A stretch of DNA of 64,000 bases from an uncultured Acidobacteriota bacterium (lineage in GTDB: Bacteria; Acidobacteriota; UBA6911): positions 87,659-151,658 of the forward strand of contig CAWEJX010000016.1 in the NCBI GenBank assembly GCA_963809485.1, in the 5' to 3' direction. The position numbers were made by a program, and so were the translations under genes. Below are positions 37,755-47,697 of this stretch, piece after piece (within the stretch, counting starts at the first letter, position 1; every line of letters starts with the position of its first letter). Under the pieces are notes generated by a model, which was not told the DNA's origin, did no database searches, and saw nothing but the letters and a program-made list of their open reading frames with translations.

Positions 37755-39494
37755 TTAAGAGGTGCCGGAGAGAAGCGCTGCTCTAAGTTTCCCCGTTTCC
37801 ATCGCATCGATTTCGAAGGTATCGGGATTGATGGCGACACCATACTCCAGCCTGGCATTCTCTATGGAAACATACCCATCGATGACATCTTCAAGGACTC
37901 TTTCCGGATTCCTTTGTGCCGGATTGTCGTACCCGCCTCCGCCTCCGGCCGTTACCGTCACCCTGTCGCCTTCGGCTAATTGCACGCCGGATGTTTTCAT
38001 GACCTCGAAGGTCCCCTGCTCTTTGGATTCAATCAGCGCAAAGTTCCTCAAACCCGCCTTCCCGCCGTCCATGCCCCAATGCGGGCTTTTCCCTTTTTCG
38101 ATAAAACCATAGAACGTCGCCGGGGCGAGCAGCCGGAGGCGGATCCTGGACGCCAGTCCTCCTCTTTGCCTGCCGGCGCCTCCACTGTCCGGGATCAGTT
38201 CGACTTTTTCCACAAACATGGGGAACGCCGATTCCAGCACTTCACTGGGTATATTCTGGCTGGCTCCTGCGGACTGGAACATGCTGTAGCTGTCGCCGTC
38301 CGCAGTACAGCTCGCTCCCTGACCGATAATGCTGGGCGTGATTGTGCCCCAGTATTTTCCGGTTTCGGGATCCTGCCCGAAAAAGCCTTCGCCGACCACA
38401 TCCCCTCCGGAGCATGCAGGGATTCTGTCCGGCAGCACTTTGCTGAGTGCCCGGTTCACGAGTTCCAGAATTGTCTGCGCCACGTTTGCGCACAGGAAGG
38501 AAGGGACTTCGGGTCCGGCGTTGTAGACACAGCCGCGCGGGGCGATCACCTCGATCGGCCGGTTGAAACCCTCGTTTGCCGGCATATCCGGATTCGTCAG
38601 CGCCTTGACTGCGGCCCTTGCGGCGGAAAGCGTCGTCACCCAAAGGCCGTTCGTGGGCCCCTGCTGCTGGGGATCCGATCCGGAGAGATCGATGGTAATG
38701 CTGCTGCCGCGGATGGTCACAGCAACCTTGGTGAGGATGGGCTTTTCAAGATCGAGACCATTGCTGTCTATGGAATCCTCGGCGGTCCATGTTCCGTCGG
38801 GGATCGCTTCCAGGGCAAGCCGGGTAACGCGTTCGCTGTAGTCGTACATTTCACGGACCACGGCTTTCACCGTGTCAAATCCGTACTTGTTCAACAGCTC
38901 GACGACATGGTTTTCGGCAAAGCGGCATCCGGCGATTTGAGCCTGCATGTCTCCCCAGACCTGCTCCGGGGCTCTCGAGTTCCATCGGATGATGTCCCAT
39001 ACCTCGGATTGCAGGTTCCCGTTCCTATAGAGTTTCAGGGGCGGCACACGCAGACCCTCTTCGAATATGTTTGTGGCATCGGAAGGGTAGGTGCCTTTCG
39101 CGCCCAGGTCTATCCAGTGAGCCTTGGTCGCAGCGTATCCGAATATTTTGCCATCGAAAAAAATCGGCGAGAAAAGCACGGCGTCGGAAGTGTGCGAGCC
39201 GGTGATTTCCGGCACGGTCGAAACAATCACATCTCCAGGCTCGACCTTCCCGCTGCCGAGGTAATCGAGGCAGTTGCGAACGCCGGGCCCAAGGCTGCCC
39301 AGGAACAGGAGCATCCCGTGCGACTGGGCGATCACTCCCGCCTCGGCGTCAAGGATTGCGAACGAGCAGTCCATGATCTCATACATGAATGTTGTCACCC
39401 CGGTCCGGAACGCCGTCTCCTGCATCCCGTTGGCAATGGAAATCAGGTTGTTTCGGACTACCGCCAGCGTTATCGGGTCAACCTTATTGACCAT
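37755..39494 (-). CDS. Hydantoinase B/oxoprolinase-family subunit
   Basis: DPITLAVV, DCSFA, HWIDLG, EEG..VPP, DSGGAG..RGG, GGGGY. Confidence 0.92.
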   Translation of the reverse strand: MVNKVDPITLAVVRNNLISIANGMQETAFRTGVTTFMYEIMDCSFAILDAEAGVIAQSHGMLLFLGSLGPGVRNCLDYLGSGKVEPGDVIVSTVPEITGSHTSDAVLFSPIFFDGKIFGYAATKAHWIDLGAKGTYPSDATNIFEEGLRVPPLKLYRNGNLQSEVWDIIRWNSRAPEQVWGDMQAQIAGCRFAENHVVELLNKYGFDTVKAVVREMYDYSERVTRLALEAIPDGTWTAEDSIDSNGLDLEKPILTKVAVTIRGSSITIDLSGSDPQQQGPTNGLWVTTLSAARAAVKALTNPDMPANEGFNRPIEVIAPRGCVYNAGPEVPSFLCANVAQTILELVNRALSKVLPDRIPACSGGDVVGEGFFGQDPETGKYWGTITPSIIGQGASCTADGDSYSMFQSAGASQNIPSEVLESAFPMFVEKVELIPDSGGAGRQRGGLASRIRLRLLAPATFYGFIEKGKSPHWGMDGGKAGLRNFALIESKEQGTFEVMKTSGVQLAEGDRVTVTAGGGGGYDNPAQRNPERVLEDVIDGYVSIENARLEYGVAINPDTFEIDAMETGKLRAALLSGTS

Positions 39495-39520
39495 TGGCTT
39501 TCCCTTCCGTCCAGTCATGC

Positions 39521-39673
39521 CTCAAAGCGGTTGGATGAGTTCCTTCGGCTTTGGCCGCTGGCCTTTCACCTTGAAGATCAGCGTTCGTCGGCGGTTTTGT
39601 CGGTGTTCGTCGGCGTTACCTGATCCTGGAGTAGTTTAACTCTGTAAATCATCAGCAAAGCTGGAGGCTTGCC
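39521..39673 (-). mobile_element. Highly degenerate copy of the IS200-ended element between the hydantoinase genes
   Basis: ctcaaagcggttgga, cgttcgtcggcg repeats, gatcctggag, cagcaaagctggaggctt. Confidence 0.55.
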
Positions 39674-39683
39674 TCTACCTTTG

Positions 39684-39738
39684 CCCCGGGTTGCAGGTTG
39701 CGTCTTTTGACCTGCGGCCCGGGACCTGCAGCCCGGGG
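39684..39738. repeat. Inverted repeat of GGTTGCA/ACCTGCA-type units
   Basis: ccccgggttgcaggt ... acctgcagcccgggg. Confidence 0.65.
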
Positions 39739-41760
39739 CTAAATATCAATGATCAGGTTCAGAAACGCATCGACCCTTATCTTCTGGCCCGGCCAGACAA
39801 CAGTTGTGTGATGCGGCTCCTCGACGATAACCGGGCCGTCCAAAGCATTCCCCGCTAGAAGACGGCTGCGCTCCAGGACTCTCCATGGAGTGAACCTTCC
39901 CTCAAAATACACATCTCTATCCGGCTTGAATGCATCCTCAGAAATCGCGGGGATTTCAGGATACGGTTTCAATGGCGCCTTTACAATTTTACCGATTGCC
40001 CTGGCTCTGGCATTAATGGTTTTGGGTGCGCGATCCATCCGATGGCCGTAACGAACCTGGTGCAGATCGTGAAACCGGCCCGTAATTTCGGCTTTCGAGC
40101 TTTCTTCCAGATTGCCTTCCGGCACGGGCACTTCAACATAGTGGCCCTGTCCTTCATAACACATGTCGAGCGAGCGGTGGTATTCGATCGCGTCGTCAGG
40201 GATACCTTCCTTTCTCAGCATTTCCAGGCCACGATTTTCCATCTGTTGATATATGTCGTTCAATTCCCTGACATCGAGCACGGCCATCGACCGGGCATGT
40301 GTTTGGGCATAAGTATGAACGATGTCCATGGAAAGCATTCCCAGGGCGGAAAAAACGCCCGGCTGCGGCGGGATGACAACCTTCGAGATAGAGAGGTCCC
40401 TGGCTATGCCTGCTGCGAAAATTCCTCCGCCGCCCCCATAGGACATGAGAGCAAAGTCGCGCGGATCGTGTCCCTGCCCGATCAGTATCTCCCTGGTGGC
40501 AGTTGTCATGTTGTTTCGTGCCACGGCAACTATGCCCGCAGCGGCTGCGGGCAGTTTCAGTCGGAGTTTATCCGCGATATCCGAAATGCCGGCTTTAGCC
40601 AGGTCCATGTCGAGAGTGATTTCGCCGCCAAGGAAATAATCGGGATTTATCAGGCCGTTGACCAGGGCGGCATCTGTAACGGTCGGTTCCTGCCCTCCAA
40701 GGCCGTAGCACATGGGACCAGGATAGGCTCCGGCGCTTTCGGGACCCACACGCAGCAAACCTCCGGCATCCACCCGGGCTATGCTTCCCCCGCCGGCACC
40801 GATAGGGCGTATATCCACGCCGGGAAGGAGCACGGGGTAGCCCATCAGTTCGGACCGGTGCCTGACAATCGGCAAATTATTCCTGATCACGGATACGTCG
40901 AAACTCGTGCCTCCGACATCCATGGTCACCAGGTTCCGGAGCCCGATCTGCCCGGCGGCAAACAGGGAGCCCGATACGCCGCCTATGGGTCCGGACGCAA
41001 ATGTCGCAATAGCCTTCTCTCTTACCGCACTGAGCCCCAAGACCCCGTTCGGGCTGACTATCAGAATTTGGCCGCTGAAGTTTTGGCTGGAAAGGTTGTC
41101 ACTCAGAGATCCGAGGTAGCGAACGACCCGCCGCTTGATATAGGCATCCAGAACGGTCGTGCTCATGCGCTCATATTCTCTGAATTCCCTGGCAACCAGG
41201 TGGCTGAGCGAGACGTCCACGTCGGGCCACAGTTCCTGGATGATCTTGCCGGCGATTATCTCGTTTTCGGGATTGGCATAGGAGTGCAGCAGGCAGACGG
41301 CGACGGCTTCCACGCCCTTTTCTTTGAAATATTCCAGAATCCTCGCGACATCTTCCCTGCGGACCGCCCTGAGGATCCGGCCCAGCGCGTCGGTCCGCTC
41401 ATCGAGGCCGAGCCGAAGATGCCGCGGGACCAGCGGCTTGGGCTTTTTCCAGAGATAGTTGTATAGCTCCTTTCTGTCGCCCCGCCCCATCTCCAGAACG
41501 TCCCGGAAGCCCTCCGTGGTTATCAGGCCGGTTTTCGCTCCTTTTCCCTGGACCACCGTATTCAAACCTACGGTGGTTCCATGCACGAACAGCTCGACCT
41601 CGCGCAGGTCCGCCTTGATTTTCAGAACCGCATCCATGACGGCGCGCCCGATCTCGAGAGGCGTGCTGTGGACTTTGTCCGCCGTCATTTCAAGGGTATC
41701 GTCATTCAGGCAAACGATGTCCGTAAAAGTCCCGCCAATATCCACGGCGATGCGTTTCAT
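39739..41760 (-). CDS. Hydantoinase A/oxoprolinase-family subunit
   Basis: DIGGTFTD, HGTT, EYER, SGPIGG, DVGGTSFD, GAGGGSIA. Confidence 0.93.
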   Translation of the reverse strand: MKRIAVDIGGTFTDIVCLNDDTLEMTADKVHSTPLEIGRAVMDAVLKIKADLREVELFVHGTTVGLNTVVQGKGAKTGLITTEGFRDVLEMGRGDRKELYNYLWKKPKPLVPRHLRLGLDERTDALGRILRAVRREDVARILEYFKEKGVEAVAVCLLHSYANPENEIIAGKIIQELWPDVDVSLSHLVAREFREYERMSTTVLDAYIKRRVVRYLGSLSDNLSSQNFSGQILIVSPNGVLGLSAVREKAIATFASGPIGGVSGSLFAAGQIGLRNLVTMDVGGTSFDVSVIRNNLPIVRHRSELMGYPVLLPGVDIRPIGAGGGSIARVDAGGLLRVGPESAGAYPGPMCYGLGGQEPTVTDAALVNGLINPDYFLGGEITLDMDLAKAGISDIADKLRLKLPAAAAGIVAVARNNMTTATREILIGQGHDPRDFALMSYGGGGGIFAAGIARDLSISKVVIPPQPGVFSALGMLSMDIVHTYAQTHARSMAVLDVRELNDIYQQMENRGLEMLRKEGIPDDAIEYHRSLDMCYEGQGHYVEVPVPEGNLEESSKAEITGRFHDLHQVRYGHRMDRAPKTINARARAIGKIVKAPLKPYPEIPAISEDAFKPDRDVYFEGRFTPWRVLERSRLLAGNALDGPVIVEEPHHTTVVWPGQKIRVDAFLNLIIDI

Positions 41761-41985
41761 AGGCTCAATCCTTGCCGCGGCAAATTTCAGAACCGCTACA
41801 GCTCGGGCATTGCATCCGGCCCGACAGGCTTTATCGCCCGTTTGTTCTTGACATGGAATCCGTTTATACGGCAGAGAAGAATATCACTTTTTGGGGTGAA
41901 GATAATTCGAATTGCATTTCTCATCCGAGGGCTCACGCCGGGAAGGGGAAACGCAATATCGGCAACACTGAGAAGGAGAAGATCG

Positions 41986-42768
41986 ATGGCAAAAAGCTTT
42001 GAGGGCAGGGTGGCGCTGGTTACGGGCGGAGCTTCGGGAATAGGGAGGGTTACGGCCCAGTTTTTCGCACAGGAAGGAGCTGCCGTCGTCGTTTCCACCG
42101 ATGCCAATATCCAGGGCGGCGAGGAAACGGTCCGCATGATCAAGAGCGCCGGCGGCGAAGCAACTTTTGTGAAATGCGACGTCACCAAAGCCATGGAGGT
42201 CGAGGCGATGGTTCAGAAGACGGTGGCGGTTTATGGCGGCCTCGACTACGCCTTCAACAATGCCGGCATCGGTCCCGATGGCGGCCGTGTGCCTGTGGTC
42301 TATGTCGCGGACTGCCCCGAAGAAATCTGGGACCGCACGATCGCCATCAACCTGAAAGGGATATTTTTGTGCATGAAATATGAAATCAGGGAGATGCTCA
42401 AACGAAAGTATGGCGCGATCGTCAACACTTCCTCCGTCGGCGCCATCAAAGCCGTGCCCGGCTTCTCTGCCTATGACGCGAGCAAAACCGGAGTTCTGGG
42501 GCTCACGAGAGCCGCAGCGCTTGAATATGCCACCAGCGGCATCAGGATCAACGTGCTGTGTCCGGGGCCAACGGACCGTACGCTTTTGATGGAGAATCTC
42601 ACCCGTTATCACCCGGAGGAGCGGGAACACATGAACAGCGTGATTCCTATAAAGCGTCTTGCCCAGCCGGAAGAAATGGCCCGGGTTGTCCTCTGGCTGT
42701 GTTCGGATGCGGCGTCTTTTGTCACAGGCATCACGCTGCCCGTTGACGGCGGAATGTGCGCCAGTTAA
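41986..42768 (+). CDS. Short-chain dehydrogenase/reductase
   Basis: TGGASGIG, NNAG, YDASK; AAGGAG RBS. Confidence 0.93.
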   Translation: MAKSFEGRVALVTGGASGIGRVTAQFFAQEGAAVVVSTDANIQGGEETVRMIKSAGGEATFVKCDVTKAMEVEAMVQKTVAVYGGLDYAFNNAGIGPDGGRVPVVYVADCPEEIWDRTIAINLKGIFLCMKYEIREMLKRKYGAIVNTSSVGAIKAVPGFSAYDASKTGVLGLTRAAALEYATSGIRINVLCPGPTDRTLLMENLTRYHPEEREHMNSVIPIKRLAQPEEMARVVLWLCSDAASFVTGITLPVDGGMCAS

Positions 42769-42850
42769 ACCAGGGACAGTTTGATCCGAAGACCCTCATT
42801 CCGTTGTCGGCGTTCTTTAGCGCCTTTGCCGGCGCAGGTCGGCGTTACCG

Positions 42851-45223
42851 ATGAAAAAAGCTAAGAACCTGCTGGGCGACATCCTCGTTCTTGATCTTGC
42901 AGACGAACAGGGCAGCTTCTGTTCGCGCCTTTTGGCGGACCTGGGCGCAAAAGTTATCAAGGTCGAAGAGCCTGAGGGCAGTTCGGAAAGAAGGATAGGA
43001 CCTTTCTATCTCCCCGAATCCGGCATCGGGAGATTAAGCCTGGCATTCGCCTGCCATAACGCCGGCAAAATGGGGACCGTGCTCGACCTGCAGAGCCGGG
43101 ATGGCAAGAATACTTTCCGGAAACTGGTGAATAAGGCCGACGTTTTGGTGGAGACGTTTCCCCTCCGGCGCGCCGAGGTCCTGGGTCTGAGTCCCGGGCT
43201 GCTGCACAGAATCAATCCCCGGCTGATTCACCTCTCGATCACAGCCTTCGGCCGCCGCGGGCCAGGCCGCAATCATGCCGGCAGTGACAGTGTCGGATCC
43301 GCCTCAGGCGGTCAGTTGTTTCTTTCGGGCGCCCCCGAGGGCCCGCCGTTAAAGCCATTCGGGCCGCAATCCTTCTATACGGCTTCCCTTTTCGGCGCGG
43401 CCGCGGTTCTTCTGAACCTGAGAAAGCGCAAAACAACAGGCAGGGGTGATACAGTCGATATTTCAATACAGGAGGCGGTCGCCTCAACCCTCGACCACGT
43501 AATGGTCGATTATTTTCAAAACAAAAAAATCGCATCCCGGCAGGGCGCCGGCTATGGAGCCGGCTCTTTTTCCATCCTTCCCTGCAAAGACGGATATATC
43601 CAGATCACAATTCCTGGTAATTGGGAAACGCTGGTCGAGGTCATGGCTTCAGATAAAAAGGGCGGAAAACTGCTTCGTCCGGAATGGCAGGATGCCGCGT
43701 ATCGGGAAAATCATTTTGAATATATCCTGGAGACGGTGGCCGCATGGACCCGCCGCTACACCAGGCGCCGGCTTTTTGAACTTGGCCAGGCGATGCGATT
43801 CCCCTGGGCGCCCGTGGAATCGCCCACAGGGGTATTGAAGAGCCCTCAGCTCAGGGCGCGCAATTTTTTTGTCCGCATGCCTTTGCCGGGAGGAGGGCCG
43901 CGGGTGCCTTTAACCGGCTCCCCGTATCGTTTCAGCTCCATTCCTCGATCCGTGCCAAAGCCCGCTCCCTTGTTGGATGAGCATGCTTTGCAGGTAATGA
44001 AATCTTTGGAGGAAGACGGCAGGAACCGGCTCCCGGCTTTTCAATGCCCGGAGGTCCCGGCTGATTTTGTTCCGGACACATCGATTTTAAAAGGCATGAG
44101 AGTTGTGGACCTCACAAGAATGCTTTCCGGGCCCTATGCGACGCGCATCCTCGCCGATTTCGGGGCGGAAGTTATCAAAGTCCAGCCTGCCGAAACAGCT
44201 TGTGGTGCCGAACACAACGACACCCCCTATTTCGAGACATGGAACCGCAACAAGCGGGGCATTTGCCTTAACCTTAATCAGGCCGGCGCAAGAGAAAAGC
44301 TTTTGAAGCTCGTGGCCGTCAGCGACGTGGTAGTGGAAAATTATTCGCCGCGTGTCATGTCCAACTGGGGATTGACCTATGAGCGACTGAGAGAGGCGAA
44401 ACCTGACATTGTGGTGGCAAGCCTCTCAGCCATGGGCAGTACAGGACCATGGAGAGGTTATGTCGGTTTTGCGCCGACCTTTCACGCGCTCTCAGGAATG
44501 ATCTCTTTGATGCCGCCTTCGCCGGGCGCGCCGGTAAACCTCGGCCATGCATACAGCGATGTCATTGCCGGGCTCTATGCCGCACTTGGGATACTTGCCG
44601 CACTGGAGCACAGAAACAATACTGGAAAGGGCCAGCTTATCGATATCTCACAATATGAGGCCATGTGCACGCTTCTCGGTCCGGCGTACATGGAAAGTGC
44701 ATTGAAGCGGAGCCCAAAGGCCGGCCGTTTGCAGGGAGGCCTCCACAACGATGCGGCGCCCGATGGATGCTACCGCTGTCTTGGCGATGATCGATGGTGC
44801 GTGATCTCAATCGTGAACGACGAGCAGTGGCGGACGTTTTGCCGGATCACCCGATATTCCGCATTTCAATCACGGAGGTTCTCCACATCGGCCGGAAGGA
44901 GGAAAAACCGCGCGACGCTCGACAGGCTGATCGGCCAATGGGCTTCAGGCCGAAAGGCGGAAGCTGTCGCAAGCGTTCTTCAGGAGGCCGGCATTGCCGC
45001 GGCGGTTGTGCAGAATGCTGAAGATCTTGCGAAGGATCCCCAGCTTAAGGCCCGGCGCTTCTTTACACGCCTTAAAAATCCCGCAGGAGAAACGATCCTC
45101 ATGGACCGGTCTGCCTTGTGGCCATGGAAGCAACCCACCAAAGCCTGGAAAGCCGCGCCTCGGCTGGGCCAGGATAATCACGAGGTATTCGCCCGACTCC
45201 TCCGCCTTCCCGATACCGAGTGA
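42851..45223 (+). CDS. Family III (CaiB/BaiF) CoA-transferase, two fused domains
   Basis: Two repeats LADLGAKVIKVE and LADFGAEVIKVQ, NRNKR. Confidence 0.9.
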   Translation: MKKAKNLLGDILVLDLADEQGSFCSRLLADLGAKVIKVEEPEGSSERRIGPFYLPESGIGRLSLAFACHNAGKMGTVLDLQSRDGKNTFRKLVNKADVLVETFPLRRAEVLGLSPGLLHRINPRLIHLSITAFGRRGPGRNHAGSDSVGSASGGQLFLSGAPEGPPLKPFGPQSFYTASLFGAAAVLLNLRKRKTTGRGDTVDISIQEAVASTLDHVMVDYFQNKKIASRQGAGYGAGSFSILPCKDGYIQITIPGNWETLVEVMASDKKGGKLLRPEWQDAAYRENHFEYILETVAAWTRRYTRRRLFELGQAMRFPWAPVESPTGVLKSPQLRARNFFVRMPLPGGGPRVPLTGSPYRFSSIPRSVPKPAPLLDEHALQVMKSLEEDGRNRLPAFQCPEVPADFVPDTSILKGMRVVDLTRMLSGPYATRILADFGAEVIKVQPAETACGAEHNDTPYFETWNRNKRGICLNLNQAGAREKLLKLVAVSDVVVENYSPRVMSNWGLTYERLREAKPDIVVASLSAMGSTGPWRGYVGFAPTFHALSGMISLMPPSPGAPVNLGHAYSDVIAGLYAALGILAALEHRNNTGKGQLIDISQYEAMCTLLGPAYMESALKRSPKAGRLQGGLHNDAAPDGCYRCLGDDRWCVISIVNDEQWRTFCRITRYSAFQSRRFSTSAGRRKNRATLDRLIGQWASGRKAEAVASVLQEAGIAAAVVQNAEDLAKDPQLKARRFFTRLKNPAGETILMDRSALWPWKQPTKAWKAAPRLGQDNHEVFARLLRLPDTE

Positions 45224-45285
45224 TTTCTAGGCACCAAATACACCAAGGAACGCGAGACCTCAATTGTGGATTTGGTGTTATTCGT

Positions 45286-45525
45286 GTCAGGTACCTCCGG
45301 CAAAGCCGGCTTGAAAGATTTGAACCGCTCAAAGCGGTTGGACTAGTTACGCCGGTCTTGAACGCTGACTTACGCGGGCAAAAGCCGATGAGGCGCTTTC
45401 GATCCCCGCAGGGACCGGCGCCGAACAAATCTGTGTTTGTCAGCGCTTTTATCAGCGTTTCAAAATACGGAGCCGTCAAACTCTTTGAGTCCCCCGGCAG
45501 AGCCGGGAGTTTACCAATGTAATTA
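45286..45525 (-). mobile_element. Copy D (240 bp) of the IS200-ended element, internal deletion derivative of copy B
   Basis: Both ends present; keeps only the first arm of the nested hairpin. Confidence 0.8.
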
Positions 45526-45550
45526 AAAGGCCTTTCTATTGATTTTGATT

Positions 45551-47095
45551 TCATTTGGGCCAGACAATGCAGCCTCCTAAAACTGTCATCTCCACGCGGA
45601 TATCTTTCAGGCGATCCGCGGCCGCCTTTAGAGGATTTTGGTCCAGCAGGATGAGATCCGCAAATTTGCCCGGGCTCAGCGATCCCCGGGTGGCTTCGTC
45701 AAAGCCGGCGGCAGCAGCATCCAGTGTGTACATCCGCAAAGCTTCGGCTACGCCGATTCCCTGCTCCGGATGGATCCTGCCGCCCCCTTCGGTCATACGG
45801 GAAACTGCAGCATGAATGCCGACCATGGGATTGGGCTCGGATATGGGGAAGTCCGAACTGAAACCGATTCGCAACCCCTCTCTTGCCATAGCTCCTATGG
45901 GATACAGGTTCGGCAGATCGCGTTGGGGCACAGTCTCGAGGTATCGGTCGCCGCTATAGTATATAAATGCCGGCTGGGTCACGACCCTGATCGCCGGCCG
46001 GACAAGCCTTTGCACGAGAGGCGGCGGGCACACGGAACAGTGCTCGATGCGGTGCCGGTGATCCACAAGGGGATTTTTCTTCAAGGCATACTCGATGGCT
46101 ACGCACGCCGCCTCGATCACCGGCTCTTCCACGGCATGGATGACCGCCTGAAACCCTGCGTCGTGAATTGACGCAATCATTTCGTTCAACTCCGCCTGGG
46201 CGGGGTGCAGATTACCCGTAACCTGGCCGGCGATGATTTTGACGCCCGCCACCCTGACTTCTGCGGCCCCATCGTCCGGTGCGCGTAATCCCGGATGAGG
46301 CCGCGCAAAACCCGCCCAGCCCATGGTCATGGTCAGATGCGGTTTAAAGACTCCCCCGGCTTTCCACGCGGTGAACTGCCTCCTTCGCTCGAAATTATTG
46401 GCCGCCGAAGCATCCTGGACCGAAGTGATGCCGCACTCGATCAATCTGTCGCTGGCCAGGGCCGCGCCATGCTTCATCTCCTCGTCATCAAGAAGCGGAA
46501 TGCGCTCAGCCAGGTACGTCCCCATTCCATAGAGAATCCCCGTGGGCTCCCCGCTTTCCAGATCACGGTCGATCATGCCGCCCGGGGGATCTCCGGTGTC
46601 TGCCGTAATTCCGGCCTGCTTGAGCGCGAGGCTGTTGAGAACGTGCGCGTGCCCCGACCGGTGGGTAAGTTTGACCGGATGAAGCAGCGAGGCAGCATCC
46701 AGGTCCTGCCGGTTCGGATGGCGGCGCTCGGCCAGATGGAACTCGCTGTAAGCTTTTCCCCTTACCCACGTGCCGGGCGGTTTCCCGCTGCAGCCGTCGC
46801 GTATCTTCTGGCGGATGTCGGCGATGGAAAAAACGTTCGCCCGAGGAGACAGGTTCAGGGAAACAAGGCTTTCGGCATAGGCATGAACGTGGCAATGCGC
46901 ATCGCAGAATCCCGGCATCAGGATTTTGCCGCCACAGTCGATGATGCGGCATCCGCTGCTGCGCCGGCTCGCAAAGGGACCGCTGTCCATGACTGCCAGT
47001 ATCTTATCGCCGCGCACCACAACCGACCGGGCCACGGGCCTTGCCGGATCCATGGTCAAGACATTGGCGTTTGTGAATATCAGGTCGCCTGTCAT
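45551..47095 (-). CDS. Amidohydrolase family 3 (YtcJ/NfdA-like)
   Basis: PGFCDAHCH, HAHVLNSLAL, HRIEHCS, SSDFP, GKFADL. Confidence 0.9.
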   Translation of the reverse strand: MTGDLIFTNANVLTMDPARPVARSVVVRGDKILAVMDSGPFASRRSSGCRIIDCGGKILMPGFCDAHCHVHAYAESLVSLNLSPRANVFSIADIRQKIRDGCSGKPPGTWVRGKAYSEFHLAERRHPNRQDLDAASLLHPVKLTHRSGHAHVLNSLALKQAGITADTGDPPGGMIDRDLESGEPTGILYGMGTYLAERIPLLDDEEMKHGAALASDRLIECGITSVQDASAANNFERRRQFTAWKAGGVFKPHLTMTMGWAGFARPHPGLRAPDDGAAEVRVAGVKIIAGQVTGNLHPAQAELNEMIASIHDAGFQAVIHAVEEPVIEAACVAIEYALKKNPLVDHRHRIEHCSVCPPPLVQRLVRPAIRVVTQPAFIYYSGDRYLETVPQRDLPNLYPIGAMAREGLRIGFSSDFPISEPNPMVGIHAAVSRMTEGGGRIHPEQGIGVAEALRMYTLDAAAAGFDEATRGSLSPGKFADLILLDQNPLKAAADRLKDIRVEMTVLGGCIVWPK

Positions 47096-47194
47096 TCTGT
47101 TTGCCCCATGCTGCGTTACCGATGCCAAGCAAAAAAATGTAAGGCATCCCTCCACATTTTTTCGCTCAATCCGGCATTTTTCCATTAAATATTT

Positions 47195-47656
47195 GTGACA
47201 CACGACAAATCAGCCAAACAGGGTCCTGCTCCCGGGTACAGTCTTGTGGAGCTCGTGATCGCGCTTGCATGCACGGCGGTCCTGCTTTCCGCCGCAACCC
47301 CGAACCTTTCGCGCCTGCAGCAGGAGTGGAAACTTTGGAGCAGCACGATGCTTTTGGAGTCCTCTCTGCAATGGGGCAGAATGCAGGCGATCGCCATAAA
47401 CAGCCCGTTGCTCTTCCAGGTCGACGACGACGGGCAAAAATTTTGTTGGATCGATCCTGCGAGCGGCGAATCCTATTCCGGGTCGGTCCGGCATCTTCCC
47501 CGCCGGGTTCGCATTGCTTCATGTCCAAGACGTCCATTGCGTTTTTATCAGCATGGCAATGCGGCGCCTGCCGGGACATACACGCTGGAGGGAGAAGCGG
47601 GCTCCTATTCGGTGGTAGTGAGTCCGGGAGGAAGAATAAGGGTGCGGAAGGATTAG
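47195..47656 (+). CDS. FimT/GspH-like minor pilin
   Basis: Class III signal GYSLVEL plus hydrophobic helix; C-terminal GRIR. Confidence 0.82.
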   Translation: MTHDKSAKQGPAPGYSLVELVIALACTAVLLSAATPNLSRLQQEWKLWSSTMLLESSLQWGRMQAIAINSPLLFQVDDDGQKFCWIDPASGESYSGSVRHLPRRVRIASCPRRPLRFYQHGNAAPAGTYTLEGEAGSYSVVVSPGGRIRVRKD

Positions 47657-47660
47657 GAAT

Positions 47661-47690
47661 GCTCCGGCAGAGCCGGCGGATCTCCTATAT
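47661..47690 (-). repeat. Isolated left-end hairpin remnant of the IS200-ended family
   Basis: gctccggcagagccgg is identical to the copy A end hairpin. Confidence 0.5.
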
Positions 47691-47697
47691 GCAGCCA

